DNA of 44,712 nt, filler included, from Streblomastix strix (Eukaryota): assembly GCA_008636045.1 (NCBI GenBank). It is 2 parts of 2 records of this genome, joined end to end, with 100 filler letters (N's around TTAATTAATTAA, not from the genome) between each part and the next. Parts side by side here need not be neighbours in the genome. Positions count along the whole stretch, not along the records: positions 1 to 22,309 come from SNRW01000327.1; positions 22,410 to 44,712 come from SNRW01000328.1. One strand, 5' to 3'. The position numbers were made by a program, and so were the translations under genes. Below, one piece after another: positions 12,322-23,941 of the stretch. Each line of letters opens with the position of its first letter. Positions within the stretch are counted from its first letter, which is position 1. The notes under the pieces were generated by a model. The model was given only the letters and a program-made list of their open reading frames with translations. It was not told the origin of the DNA and searched no databases.

Positions 12322-15039
12322 TTAAATAATAACATATAACATGTATCTGTTAAATATATTTATGTAAAAAATTAAAAATTTATCTGATGAATAAAAAATT
12401 TTATCAGAACTTTTTAATTTATTCTATTAAATATTTATGAGAAAAATCTCTATTTTTGAATTTTTGGAAATGTGTGCAATTTAATTATATATGTTATATA
12501 TTATATCAAATATGCATGAATAGTATAAATATGTAAATAATATATCATGAATGTTGATAGTTAGAAAGTTAATAAATATTTATTAAAAATTATATGCATT
12601 TAAATTATATAATCGATGTGGCGCCCATCACCAGACTAAATGAGAGAATATGAACTGTATGAGAAATGTCGTACTCAAAATGTATATTTCATATATATAT
12701 ATATTATTTTAAACGATTATATGTCTTCTTTTAGAAAATGTCAATTTACGTACTTTTTCACCACTCTGTATATGTGTAGTCAAACAAAACTCCCCTAGTT
12801 CACACCAGCTCAGGTGGTTTGAAGATAATATTTCGATTTATCTGCCAAAGCTGTCGCTTTGTAGTTGATAATTTTATTTTATTTTACTTCAATTAAATAT
12901 GTACTATAAATATTGATAAATTTAGATATATTTTATGCTACTTCAAATAAGTTAAAATGTTTTTCTACTATTAAAAAAAAGATAATTTGTATTAGTGCAA
13001 CATTTATATATTTATTATATATATGTTACTTGAACAATGATCAATCATATATATATAATATACTCATTATTAGAGAATTTTATCGAAAAAATAAAATATT
13101 GGATAATTGATGAATCTATTCAACCAGCCACAGCTCACAAAAATTGAAAGTATGAAAAGTAGTATCTTTAATTTTGACAGGCACGATTCAAAAATAAGTT
13201 TGAATGTTGGGAATGTGATTTATAATGGAATAAATGTAGTTTTTATATTGTTTTATGAATTTTAATTCTAGTTTTATTTTCTTTATCATAAAATTTCCTT
13301 TATAAAACTGATCCATCCAAGTGCTGTAGGTATGCTATTAAGTCAACACTATGAAAACTCTGTAGATATCCTAGCATATTTCATTAATATGCATTAAATT
13401 TAAAAATAGTTATTTGTACTTTTTCTATTAAAATTATGAATTTCAAAATTTTTCGCACATTGGAATTGAATAATCTTATTTCAGTCAATTTGACTAAATG
13501 AGTTACGTATTTATTTTTTTTGATTTGTTGAATTTTGTAACTGGTTCAAAGGCTAGATGTAATGTTTAATCTAGGGTTGTTATTTTGGCAGGGCGCCATG
13601 ACATTTTGACAGAAATGCGTAACATGCCTGACATCGAAGATAAATCGATGTAAGACACTAAAATAAACTATTCTAAACTCCACGATATGCGGGGCACGAC
13701 CTCCTCTTAGGGGGCGCGGCTACAACAATGGAAAGGCATTAAAAACTAATTATCCAATGACATATTTTTTCCATCTCAATTTTTAGTTATTTTTGAAATA
13801 TATATGGTTATTTTCTATCAAATTGAATTGATCGTCATATGAAATATTATCTAAATGCTACAATAATATAAAACGCGATTTAAGCACTCATTAATCAATA
13901 ATTGTCTTTTTTAATAATATAATTACGTTGACATTGACATATATATACTAATAACTGAAATTTACACCATAATACTTAAAACTAGTCCAAGAAAATCCAT
14001 TTTATTTTTTCCAAAAAGAAATTCTTTTGTAGAATGCTTATTAATCATTTAATTTGCATAATTTTTATTTTATTTTAAGTAGAAATGATCCACAACTCTA
14101 TATTTTATAAATATTTTCTATTTAACAGGATGAATGTAATTTAAGATGAAAAAAAATTAATTTTCATTTTTCTCAACCTCTTCTATTATATACAAAATTA
14201 TAATAATATAAGCATATTTTTTATTCTATTATTTATTATTTTATTTAAATAGTTACCTGAAATTTGAAACAAAAAATGGAGATAATTGCAGAGTTAAAGA
14301 GAAAGTGTGTAACTATGATTGAAATCTTGTACAATAAACAAAATGACATCGTTAATTACATATATTTATATGATTCTGACAGTTTTCTCAAAAACAGCAA
14401 GTGGATACAACAATATTAGCTATTATCTCTCTAAAATTTTTTAACTTTTTCATTTAATCATCTGATTTGACTCTTATTCTTTCTTGCATAAGTCCGCATA
14501 TATGTATTCAGTTGAGATTATCCAAATATCGAATTCTATTTTATCACAGATATCACTCCTTGTTATTTGTATTGCATAATGTCAGTTAGATATAATAGTA
14601 ACTAGCTTACAACAATTTTCGTTTAATGAGATACTTCTGAAAGCTCTACATTTTCAAACAGTAATTTTCTTGCCGATTCTAAAATAAAGGACTAAAGTAA
14701 ACCATATATAATATAAATAAATAAAATATCATGTATAATTGATTAGATAATTAGTGTTGAAAAAATTTTTGCGTATATATTATTATTAGAAATATCAATA
14801 AATGATAAATATCCACAATAGACATATTTTGCATAAATTTTCAGTTTTGTATTATATCAAAGTGTAAATATAGAGAAAAACGCACTTTAAATAATTTTTT
14901 AAACGTTTTGTGTACTGCATAATCTATATTTCTATATTTTATAATTCAGATGAAATTGTTATGCTAAAGGAAAGATAAGATAGCATGTAAATGTAATTAA
15001 CAAATGAAATGATTGGGAAGCAAGAATTTTTTATTTTTA

Positions 15040-18000
15040 TATTATTCCTTTCAAATAATAATAGTAATCCTTTTCATTATAATTAGGAAGAGGATTAAAA
15101 ATGTAATACATTTTTGGACCTAACGCAATGCAAGCTGTCCCTTCAGCCTCATAACTGACTCCCAATAGTTGTTTATATTATCCGAAGAATAACGGGTAAT
15201 TTTCATCGAAAAATTTTTAGTCCTTGATTACGTGTTTAAACTTCTGTCGATATCCCTCTACAGCTTCTGGGTTGCCGCTTATGGCCTTTGTCATCGAATC
15301 AGTACTACTACAAATATAATGCATCCTGTTCATATCGAATGCTTTATACATAAACTTATAGATAAAATTTATATACCAATATTTGGAGTTGTCAAGAACG
15401 AAATAAGCAGAATGTAGGCAGGTGTTGCAGTTGCAGCTCTCAGCATTAAATTACACAGCATATAAATTATCTATTAATTGTTAATCATTAACGAGTGAAC
15501 CTTAGAGATGAGACAACCATGTCCTATCAGAGCTCAACAATTTCGTTTGCGAGTATTTTTCTTAATTTATCCAATCAGTTCCTTAGCTTGAGTTCATTGC
15601 TTATTTATAGAACTATTATTTTCCATTATTTTTTTCATTTATTGCCTATATTCTTTGACTCATAAATTCTTTAACAAATGGATTGAATCTGTCATGCTTC
15701 GAGAATGTTATAATACGTTAAATATCGTCAATAATGAATTGAAAATCATCAATGAGAAACCATAAATAATAATTATTGAATGACATGAATTATCCATGAG
15801 TCGATGATAAATTTGTTAATTTTCGTTCAATTTTATCGTGCTACATGTTATTTTTCAGTAATAGGTTATACATGTATGACCTTAATATTTTTTCATCAAT
15901 CATTATGTCAATGTTTCTCAATATCGGAAGAAAATTAATATAATCATTTATATGTTATTTGTCGATGTGTCCTTTAACAACTGCGATAAACAACGGCATC
16001 CCTTCAATGTCATTAAATCGATTTGGATTACATATTAAATTTCTTGCTGTTTATTTATCAGTAATTTTATCTAATATTTAACCTGCCATATATAATTTAT
16101 TACCTGTATGTTTAATGAACTTATGCGGCTCTGAGCTCATAACGCTGGGATATTAACAATTGAAATCAAGAGTCAAAAGATGGGTCATTGTGTAGTCTGT
16201 GTCATAACTAATGACTTTTCCATTAATATATTTTAATTAATTTATTTTAGTTTCACCTGCAACATTATAGCGATGCATGACTTATGATAATCCACCAGTG
16301 ATACCGGAACGTAAAATTTAATATATTTCTTCATCGGTTATTGTCATATGTAGCGACTTCATCAAACAGAAATTTTTTAATTGTATTACTAATCTTGTTA
16401 AATTTTCGTCTTTATTTGACTTAAATTTATTACAGAATAAACAGCAAGGTTTTACGTTATTTGCAGAATGGCCTATGTTGTTGTTGATTCTATCTAATGT
16501 TGGAGGATTTTTGCTTGTGAATCGTGCCTTGCATGTGTGGCATCCTGTTGATAGAAATAATTTTCTGTAGAACGCACAATCTGATTCTTTGATATTGCTG
16601 CTTGTGTCTCTATTTCTTTTTTTATCTTATTCTAGATAATTTTAAACTTTAATGTTACAATAATATTATGTCAAAATAAACGAGGCATAATCATCTTTTG
16701 GCGTGTAGTCTTAATCAAGTTTGAAGTCCCAATAATCAAGAGCATATTTGATAGCATTGGCGCATGCTGACATCTACATAAACTGCAACTTTTCAATTTT
16801 ATAATTAAAGAACATATCAATTAAGTAATCAAGCGGTTCAATCATTAAGCGGGTATCTTCAAGGTTATAGTGTCGGAGGTAATCCCACCTATTCGAAAAT
16901 TACTAAGCTATGGATAAATAATTTTGATACTTAATAGTGCTGATGTTTTTATTTTTAATTTAGTTTCTAAATGCTTCTTAGTGAAATGGTTCTGATTTAT
17001 CGAGCTCTTAAACATAATTGCCATAGTTGATGAATTCTTATGGAAATTTTAATTTGGTTGGAATTTCTGATGCTGTTTTTGGTGTGAAATTTTTTATGAA
17101 TTATTTTAATTTCATTTTTGTACAATAAATCTTCGCATCAATGAATCTCAATTTTATTCCTGTTATGATATGCTTAACAATGATTTATTTAGCGTTTGAA
17201 CCACAACCAGGATATTTAATGATTTGCCACTCATCGCTTTATAAATTTTTAAGAATCAATGCGACATCAAACTTCGAAGAATTGAAGCCAATTACTGGAA
17301 CCTCATAATGCTATGGTATCGTCTTATCTTCATATTTGTTTGAATCAATAACTTTTCGGGCTTCCTTAAACAACTATTTAATCCATACATTAATAAAATT
17401 AGGGGTTCGTATATCAAAATAAATGGAATAAATTTAATCAATGGAACCGTTATTTGAACCATTAATGACTTTTTTTTTATTTTTATTGTGCTTGCAATCG
17501 AAAGGGGTTCAGGAATTGAAATTTATGTTGAATTATCACCGTATTTTTCATTTATGATTCTTTCTACAGTTTCAATATCATATGTTATATAATATTTAGT
17601 AGGTTTAAATTCATCCTCTCGACCATGTGCCAGTAGATACTTATATCTAACATTATTTAATATGTGAGGAACAGAAGGCCTTGGAAATTTTTCTAAATAT
17701 ACTTTTTTTATTATCTTTCCTCCATTTTTTTAACATTTTTATATGTTTCTTTTTAGTTTTGACTACAAATTTGAATCTCTGGTCTTATAAGCCTGCACAC
17801 CACAGATAGGACAATATTTTAAACCAGTTAGTGCCTCAACATCATTAATATAAAAAACATGAGCCGTTTGTAGTTAGTTGATTGTGTCGGTTATTAAAAG
17901 TAAATTAAATTCTTTTGTTTATTCGTTTTGTTCATTTCTTCTATATTATTTCCATAGATAATAACTTCCTGAATTGGTTAACGTTGAGGTTGCCGTTGTT

Positions 18001-19704
18001 TCTTCATAAGCGAACACATTTATATTTAAATTTTCATTATAAATAAATTAATCTGCTTCTGTTGCAAAATTAAACCCTTTATAATTATCATCTATTTTCT
18101 TGCCATAGATTCTTTAAAATAGTCGCTTTGCTTCTGCAATACGTGAATGTTCCTTATAATGCTTTGCAGGAATAGCGGAACCCTCTGCCTTAATATCTGG
18201 CATCGTAATAAATGAATATGTTAGAAAGAAACATAAATTTTAATTATTTTTCTCAGGGTCAATATATCGAATCTCTCGCCTCACAATATGCTTCTTTAAT
18301 GATGGTATTGTTCGACCACCTCCAGCGCCTGCGTGTGGAAGCCTAAACACCTAAATAATTATTGAAAATATACCTACTATTTTTTCTTTGGTGTCGATAA
18401 TGGTTCGCTCTTGCATTTAAATTATGTGGTTTCTAATGAATCGTTTATATTCAGCTAAATCTAAGTAAGTGCGTATAGTTGTTAGAGCTCTCATCTCTGT
18501 TCTAGCTTCAAGGGGATGACTAATTTTATATGTTGTTTATTAATCGTTTTCTTAACCATCGACTCGTCTAATAATCACTCCAAAATTAAATGCAATTTTG
18601 AATGCAAATTTTTATTCTCGTTAATATATTTCATCTAAATAAGCATCACCATCTTCAATCGTTTTCAAGTCATTTTTGTAATATTCTTTTGTAGGGCTGA
18701 TGGTATGGACATAAAACGGGTCATATTTGACGTGTTAATTTTACATATATTTTCGCTCAAAATTAATTCTTCTTTCATATTCTTATTCGAGTTGCGGCTC
18801 ACATAACATAATCGTATTCTGCAGGGCGTTAATTGGCCTATAATTCTTGCCCTCATTTTCTTCATTAAATTCTTATATTTCATCTCTAATATTTTTGAAC
18901 ACATCAACATTTTATTTTTATTTAAGGTTTATTTTTTACTGTTTAATTTCTTTTATTAGATTTGCATGTCTCTCTCGCTAATCTTCCATCACTTGCTCCC
19001 ATTATTAATTGCGTTGTTTGCTCTATTCGTCTTAAGTGCTCATATTCTACGTATTATTTTTTTCTTGCATAAATTATTTAGCATAAATTTTACCTATTAT
19101 TTCTTCATTTTGAAGGCCTAATTAAGTATCTTACCTTATCCGTTATGCAAATGGTCTTGATTATAATATGGCATTTTTAACTATATCCCTATTGTTTCTA
19201 CCGTGATTTAAACCGATTTTATCTAAAATTTATGAAAATTATGACCTTAATTCGTTAATGTTTATTTTCTATTAAATTTCAGGGTCATACAAAGTCATTA
19301 ATTCTCTTATTATTTCTGGTGTTAGTTTTCAGTGTCTTAAATTCACTTGATAATCTGCCCGCACATCGTGAGCCTCACCTTATTCGTGTTGCAATTAAGG
19401 TGATAATTCTGGAGATAATTCAGACGATAACTGGTAATTATGTGCATGTATTTGCATAATATATTTCTACATTTACATCATAATATTATTGCTGATGTTC
19501 TATTTATAATTCTGGCGATGGCTGGTAGTTGCGCGTTTGAATTTATGTAATATAGTCCTACATTTACGTCAATTATGACGCCGTTTATCTAGGTGATTAA
19601 TTAAGCGGTTATAGTTCTGGTAGTGCTTGAATCTGTGGCGTAATTGGAGGCACAAACAGAAGCGTTTGTCGTCTTTACGAGTCATATCCCTATTTATCTG
19701 TCAT
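15040..19704 (-). pseudogene. Protein-primed DNA polymerase B (TP - vOTU - Zn finger - exonuclease - HNH - palm), near-intact but with lesions and truncated at the C-terminus
   Basis: ATG at 19704. NLCFF (~18230) and AHVFYI (~17855); CPIC; YDIETVE (~17570); IGFNSSKFD (~17280); CHTC..TLDRINNNIGH..NVKPCCLFCN (~16425-16545); LDFNCQYPS (~16150); KQAMNSSQG (~15590); ICSSTDS (~15305). Frameshifts at ~19480 and 17470-17478, TGA at 19329-19331. Homology ends at YYLKGI, ~15040. Confidence 0.93.
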
Positions 19705-19829
19705 TTATTTATAATATAAATAAATAATAATTACATAAATAAATTGGATTGTTGGTTGGTTTGAGTCATAAAACAGCGTCAGCAACTTCAACGAAAAGCA
19801 TTATTTTGGAACGGATAATTAGAATAGGT

Positions 19830-19880
19830 AACGAATGATTTTTAGCTGCACCGAATGCATCGAGTGCATCGAGTCAAAAA
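19830..19880 (-). promoter_or_regulatory. Conserved intergenic motif, copy 1: (ACTCGATGC)2-ATTCGGTGC plus flanks
   Basis: ~88% identical over ~50 bp to 21943-21991 in inverted orientation; 80 nt downstream of the 19955 stop, in sense orientation. Function inferred. Confidence 0.6.
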
Positions 19881-19954
19881 CTTTCATCAAAAACTGCTGC
19901 CAGCCTGCCATTCTGCCAGAAATGAGAAAAATAATTAAAAATAAATCTCCTAAA

Positions 19955-21045
19955 TCATTGTCTATTTTAAATGAACTTGTATTTAGCTAAATCATAACAA
20001 CCTATTTATTGTTATCTCTACGTTAGAATTTCACCATAATATTACATAGCTTGAGTAAGGGCTTATCCAATCTTATTATTAATCTGATAATCAGATATAT
20101 ATAGTTGAGCAATAACGGCAGGCAATTCTTTCTTATACAATCTTTTAGCAAGTGGCAAAAATTCGAATTATCCTTATTCTATTTTAGTTTTATTGCTTCT
20201 GTTATATTTGTCTATTTTTCCGTCTTATTTTTCTAATATTTCTACAGCAGGAGAGATAAATAATGAATTCCAAGCAGATGCCATTATTTGATGTTTGGTA
20301 GCCATTGGCACTTATGCGCCTCCATTAGAGTTTATGAATTTTTTGGCATCGACAGTGAATGCTCTGAAACTATGCAGCTTTATCGCTCTCTCTTTATGCG
20401 GCTTAGTCATAGATAGCCATTTCATGTAAGGGCCGCCTTTTATTCCTTATTGTTTTAATTTTGCAGCCAATGCAGCTCGTTCTAAATTATTAACATCTGA
20501 ATAATATTTTTTCTTCCAATTTCTTTTATGTTAATGATCTGGGTCGTTAAATCCTACAGCTGTTGTATAACCATCGACTGAATAAATCGCGTTCTTTTTT
20601 TTATCAAAAACAACTACATTATCAGGAGTGGCTTCATTATCATCTAAGTCCTATTCCAATACACTAAATCGTTTGTCTAAATGCTTATCTTAAATATATT
20701 TTTGAGCACTGACGGCAGACGATAACCTACTAATTTTCTTAATGTCTCTGTTCAAATAACCAACGAGTGTAGCGAGAACATCCCCGTCTCCTCTCTAAAT
20801 TATGGGCCTGCATGCTTTCTTGTTCTTTGAATCATACTGGGATGGAACGGCAGCCTACCAAACGGTTTTGCTCGTGATTTCATCCTGTCTTGTCTCGCAG
20901 GTTGTGATTCATAATAATCATAATCATCTTCCATTCCATCAATGTCCATCATCCCACCTGCACCACTACCACCTTAGCTTTTTTCAGTCTTAAATTCTTA
21001 TCTTGCTTCTTTTTCAATTTGTTTTAAATCGAGTATTTCTGACAT
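19955..21045 (-). pseudogene. Element-encoded hypothetical protein (~360 aa, one frameshift near 20860), possible virion core precursor
   Basis: MSEILDLKQ..GGSGAGG..DDYDYY then ..DLDDNEATPDNVVVFDKKKNAIYSVDGY..FIQNRQ*; divergent from the ATPase with a 40-bp spacer. Confidence 0.7.
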
Positions 21046-21085
21046 TCTATTTCTTATCGATAAAAAAAAGTTTTATATAATAAAA

Positions 21086-21874
21086 ATGGCAAGTATAATA
21101 TAAAAAGTAGATAACATGTTAAAAGAAATAAAAGTGAATAAGCACGAAATTTAAACTATTATTCATAAAGAGTTAAATTTTACTAATAACTCTGTAAATT
21201 TATTGATAGGTTAGCGTGGCAGTGGCAAGACGTATAATGTCTTCAAAGAGCTAATAAAATTAAGCTAATTAAAAAAACATTGTTATACACTATTCATATA
21301 CGTCAGCGACTCAAATAATGACACCACTTATAAAAAGATGAAGGATTTAATTAAAATTCTTACAAAAATTATTCCATATGCTGAAGCGGATTAAGTGCTA
21401 AATGACTTGATTGAATGCAAATAAGCGTACGATGAAATTTAAGAAAAATAATTATATAATGAGCTAATGGAAGAGTGAAAAGATGACATATTAACCAATA
21501 TGTTTGGAGCTAACGAAGAAGGTAATTTTGAAGTCAAATTTCCACATACAATTGTTTTATTTGACGACGCAATGAGTATATTTAAAAATAAAAATAATCC
21601 ACTATTTAAAAAGTTATTTAAGAACCGATTGCCCAGAATAACATACTTCCTTTGTTTATAGGACATCATTGGTTTAGATGCTGCGATTAAGTCAAATCTT
21701 GATTCATTATGGTTTTTCGGGTCATTTAATAGATTAAAATTTAATTAATTTTTCTATTAATCTTCTATACCATCAGATAAAGAAACAATATGGTATGAGT
21801 ATGTGCGATTAACCAAATAATAAGCATTAGTGGTATAATATGAAATGAGTGGAACAGTTGTTAAAATAATCTGA
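21086..21874 (+). pseudogene. A32/FtsK-HerA-type DNA packaging ATPase with one in-frame TGA (21476-21478)
   Basis: Walker A LIGQRGSGKT, Walker B IVLFDDAM, Arg finger/sensor KNRLPRITYFLCLQD, IKSNLDSLWFFG; 262 codons. Confidence 0.9.
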
Positions 21875-21942
21875 AACTCATATGTTCAACATCAACGTTT
21901 TCGACTATTTGGCGGATCGACTGGCATTTTTCATAGAACCTA

Positions 21943-21991
21943 TTTTACTCGATGCACTCGATGCACTCGGTGCAGGTAAAAGTCATTCATT
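21943..21991 (+). promoter_or_regulatory. Conserved intergenic motif, copy 2: (ACTCGATGC)2-ACTCGGTGC plus flanks
   Basis: Inverted match to 19830-19880; 72 nt downstream of the ATPase stop, in sense orientation. Confidence 0.6.
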
Positions 21992-22309
21992 TCAGCGCTT
22001 AAACTAAATGGTTCAGAACATCCAAAAACTAGTCTAATTTATACTCAATCCTATTCAATTAGTCTTTGGCACAAGTTTATATACATACTTGACCTTCTAT
22101 TTTTGATAACTTATAACAATCCAATTTTTATAAATTATTCAATTTTTACGTTGTTAGCTTAGATAATTTTTATTAATTTTGGGAAATAAATTATTTGACA
22201 TCGTTTAAGGTCTCAAAATGTTTATGTCCGTTAGTCTAACCTTCGACCCCCTCCTCGAATGGTATTTCTTCTTATTCGTCTTATTCTATTTATAATTTTG
22301 AAGTAAATT
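21987..22309 (-). CDS. 3' part of a small element-encoded hypothetical protein (5' end lost at the contig edge)
   Basis: Open frame ..HFETLNDVKQFISQNQQKLSKLTTQKLNNLQKLDCYKLSKIEGQVCI..LNHLVQALK* under table 6. Confidence 0.6.
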
Positions 22310-22409
22310 NNNNNNNNNNNNNNNNNNNNNNNNNNNNNNNNNNNNNNNNNNNNTTAATTAATTAANNNNNNNNNNNNNNNNNNNNNNNNNNNNNNNNNNN
22401 NNNNNNNNN
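22310..22409. other. Artificial contig-joining spacer (44 N + TTAATTAATTAA + 44 N)
   Basis: Exactly 100 bp and symmetric; the central 12-mer places TAA in all six frames; genes on both sides are cut mid-CDS. Confidence 0.95.
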
Positions 22410-22573
22410 GTGCAGGATATTGGTGGTATAATAATGCAATGAATGTACTATGTGATAAGAATCCAACAGTATTACAAGTAACAAAGAAGGTTAATGGTGG
22501 GACACGAGGACTTGAAGAAAGATAATAATACTTCACAAAAGCAAAAGGAATCTTCAATTTAGATAAGAAATGA
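22410..22573 (+). CDS. C-terminus of a glycoside hydrolase family 19 (lysozyme/endolysin-like) protein
   Basis: [48 protein letters not shown] matches the GH19 C-terminal pattern A.W(F/W)W...N...D....T..(I/V)NGG..GL..R...Y..AK; QQ is encoded by TAATAA. Confidence 0.78.
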
Positions 22574-23255
22574 TCTGAAATTGTTTATCAGCACATGCAA
22601 ATGATTTTAGAAAGAATAAACACTTACAGAGCTCTTTTATATCTTCAATTCACAAAACATTATATGTTAAATGAAATAAACGGATTACTCTCTTATCTAT
22701 CATATATTGTTTTATTTCAATAACAAATATTTTATTGGATGGAAATACGTTATTGCAGCCTACCTTAAAAAGGTTACGTCTCAGTATAAATCGAGAAATA
22801 ATGTCAAAATTTGGAAAGATAATTTCTTGACGTATATATCATATTATTTTAAGATATCAATGAATTAAAATAATAAACGCATATTAGTAATAATAATTCT
22901 ACTCACAACACGAATTTGAATGCCAGTAACGTACGATATTGCGAAAGCAATTTTACATTAACCAATTTATATATACTATAAACAATCTATAAAAACAAAC
23001 AAAAATAAGGTTTAGCAAACTAAGGAACTAAATTTAACAACATTAATAACTTATTAATATTGGAGAGATAATTTTTATAATTTTTCATTAAATTTGGAAT
23101 TATTCGTGCTCTTATGATTAAATTATCCATTATAACTCATTATTTATTATTATATATCTTTATTTGCTAAGTTAATAACGAGTAAATTATTTCTCACATT
23201 ATTTATTGTGAGACATTCAAATCTTAAAAATTATTTTCTATTTTTTCACATCAGA

Positions 23256-23806
23256 ATGAAATTAGTTCGTTTTCTTCAGAAACTCAACAATGAAAGTGTC
23301 ACTGTTGAACTCAAGAATGGCTCAGTTATATAAGGAACTATCACGGGTGTTGATATTAGTATGAACATGCATCTGAAATAAGTTAAGTTTATTGTTCGAA
23401 ACAAAGATCCACTCCGCCTTGATGCCATCAGTGTTCGTGGGAATACAGTTCGTTATGTGATCCTACCAGAGGCCTTAAATGTTGATACATTGCTTGTAGA
23501 GGAGATGCCAAAGAGAGTCAGAGTCAAGGAAGGTATTTTTTATTCTATATTTATTATTTACTTATTTATTCTATATTTAATATTTACTTATTTATTCTAT
23601 ATTTAATATCTGCTTATTTATTCTATTTTTAATATTTATTTATTTATTCTATATTTAATATCTGCTTATTTATTCTATTTTTAATATTTATTTATTTATT
23701 CTATATTTAATATCTGCTTATTTATACTATATTAATCATAGATATGGGTCGTGGAAGAGGTCGGGGCCGTGGAAGAGGTCGTGGTGGACGAGGGCGAGGG
23801 AAGTGA
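23256..23806 (+). CDS. SNRPD1: Small nuclear ribonucleoprotein Sm D1; exons 23256-23532 and 23742-23806
   Basis: [41 protein letters not shown]...SVRGNTVRYVILPEALNVDTLLV plus a GR-repeat tail; GT-AG intron in phase. Confidence 0.97.
23536..23730. repeat. Intronic minisatellite, ~26-bp unit TTATTTATTCTATWTTTAATAT(TTAY/CTGC), ~7 copies
   Basis: Direct reading of the SmD1 intron; two unit variants alternate. Confidence 0.85.
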
Positions 23807-23941
23807 AATAAATGAAATATTCTCAATTCACTTGTTCGATGGTATTATTTATTAACCAGAATTAAATAAATTCATATAAGAGGATTTAATAAAACAATTC
23901 AATTATAGTTTGCAAGAGTGTTTGACCTTAATTTTTTTTTT

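Larger units (their letters stand above)
15040..22309. mobile_element. Polinton/Maverick-like endogenous virus fragment (left end truncated, right end cut by the contig boundary)
   Basis: Dense intronless genes: pPolB, packaging ATPase and two hypothetical ORFs. No TIR, integrase or capsid gene is visible in the available part. Confidence 0.85.

Noticed and set aside
12369..12420. Imperfect palindrome upstream of the primase start
   Set aside because: Mostly A/T pairs in a very AT-rich region, so plausible by chance; no matching end for the outer element was found.
13090..13260. Possible pogo/DDE_1 transposase remnant (..FNFDRHDSK..NGINVVF..)
   Set aside because: Too short and degenerate; no downstream QPLD motif or TIRs found.
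17467..17480. A_AAA_AAG slippery heptamer exactly at the pPolB2 -1 frameshift (programmed frameshifting?)
   Set aside because: It is a 9-nt homopolymer in a gene with other lesions and it falls inside the exonuclease domain, so a simple indel or sequencing error is more parsimonious. Reconsider if conserved across copies.
21476..21991. Selenocysteine or readthrough of the ATPase TGA using the downstream motif as a SECIS
   Set aside because: No convincing AUGA/GA kink-turn SECIS geometry; the TGA lies in a non-catalytic linker and neighbouring genes carry ordinary decay lesions.
19830..21991. The 2.1-kb ATPase cassette as an independent TIR transposon
   Set aside because: No TSD or sharp outer boundary, and the right copy overlaps the stop of the next ORF; retained only as a shared motif.
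23536..23730. CRISPR-like array or telomeric repeat (also the TTA run at 28447-28518)
   Set aside because: No unique spacers and a eukaryotic context; these are an intronic minisatellite and a coding poly-Gln tract.
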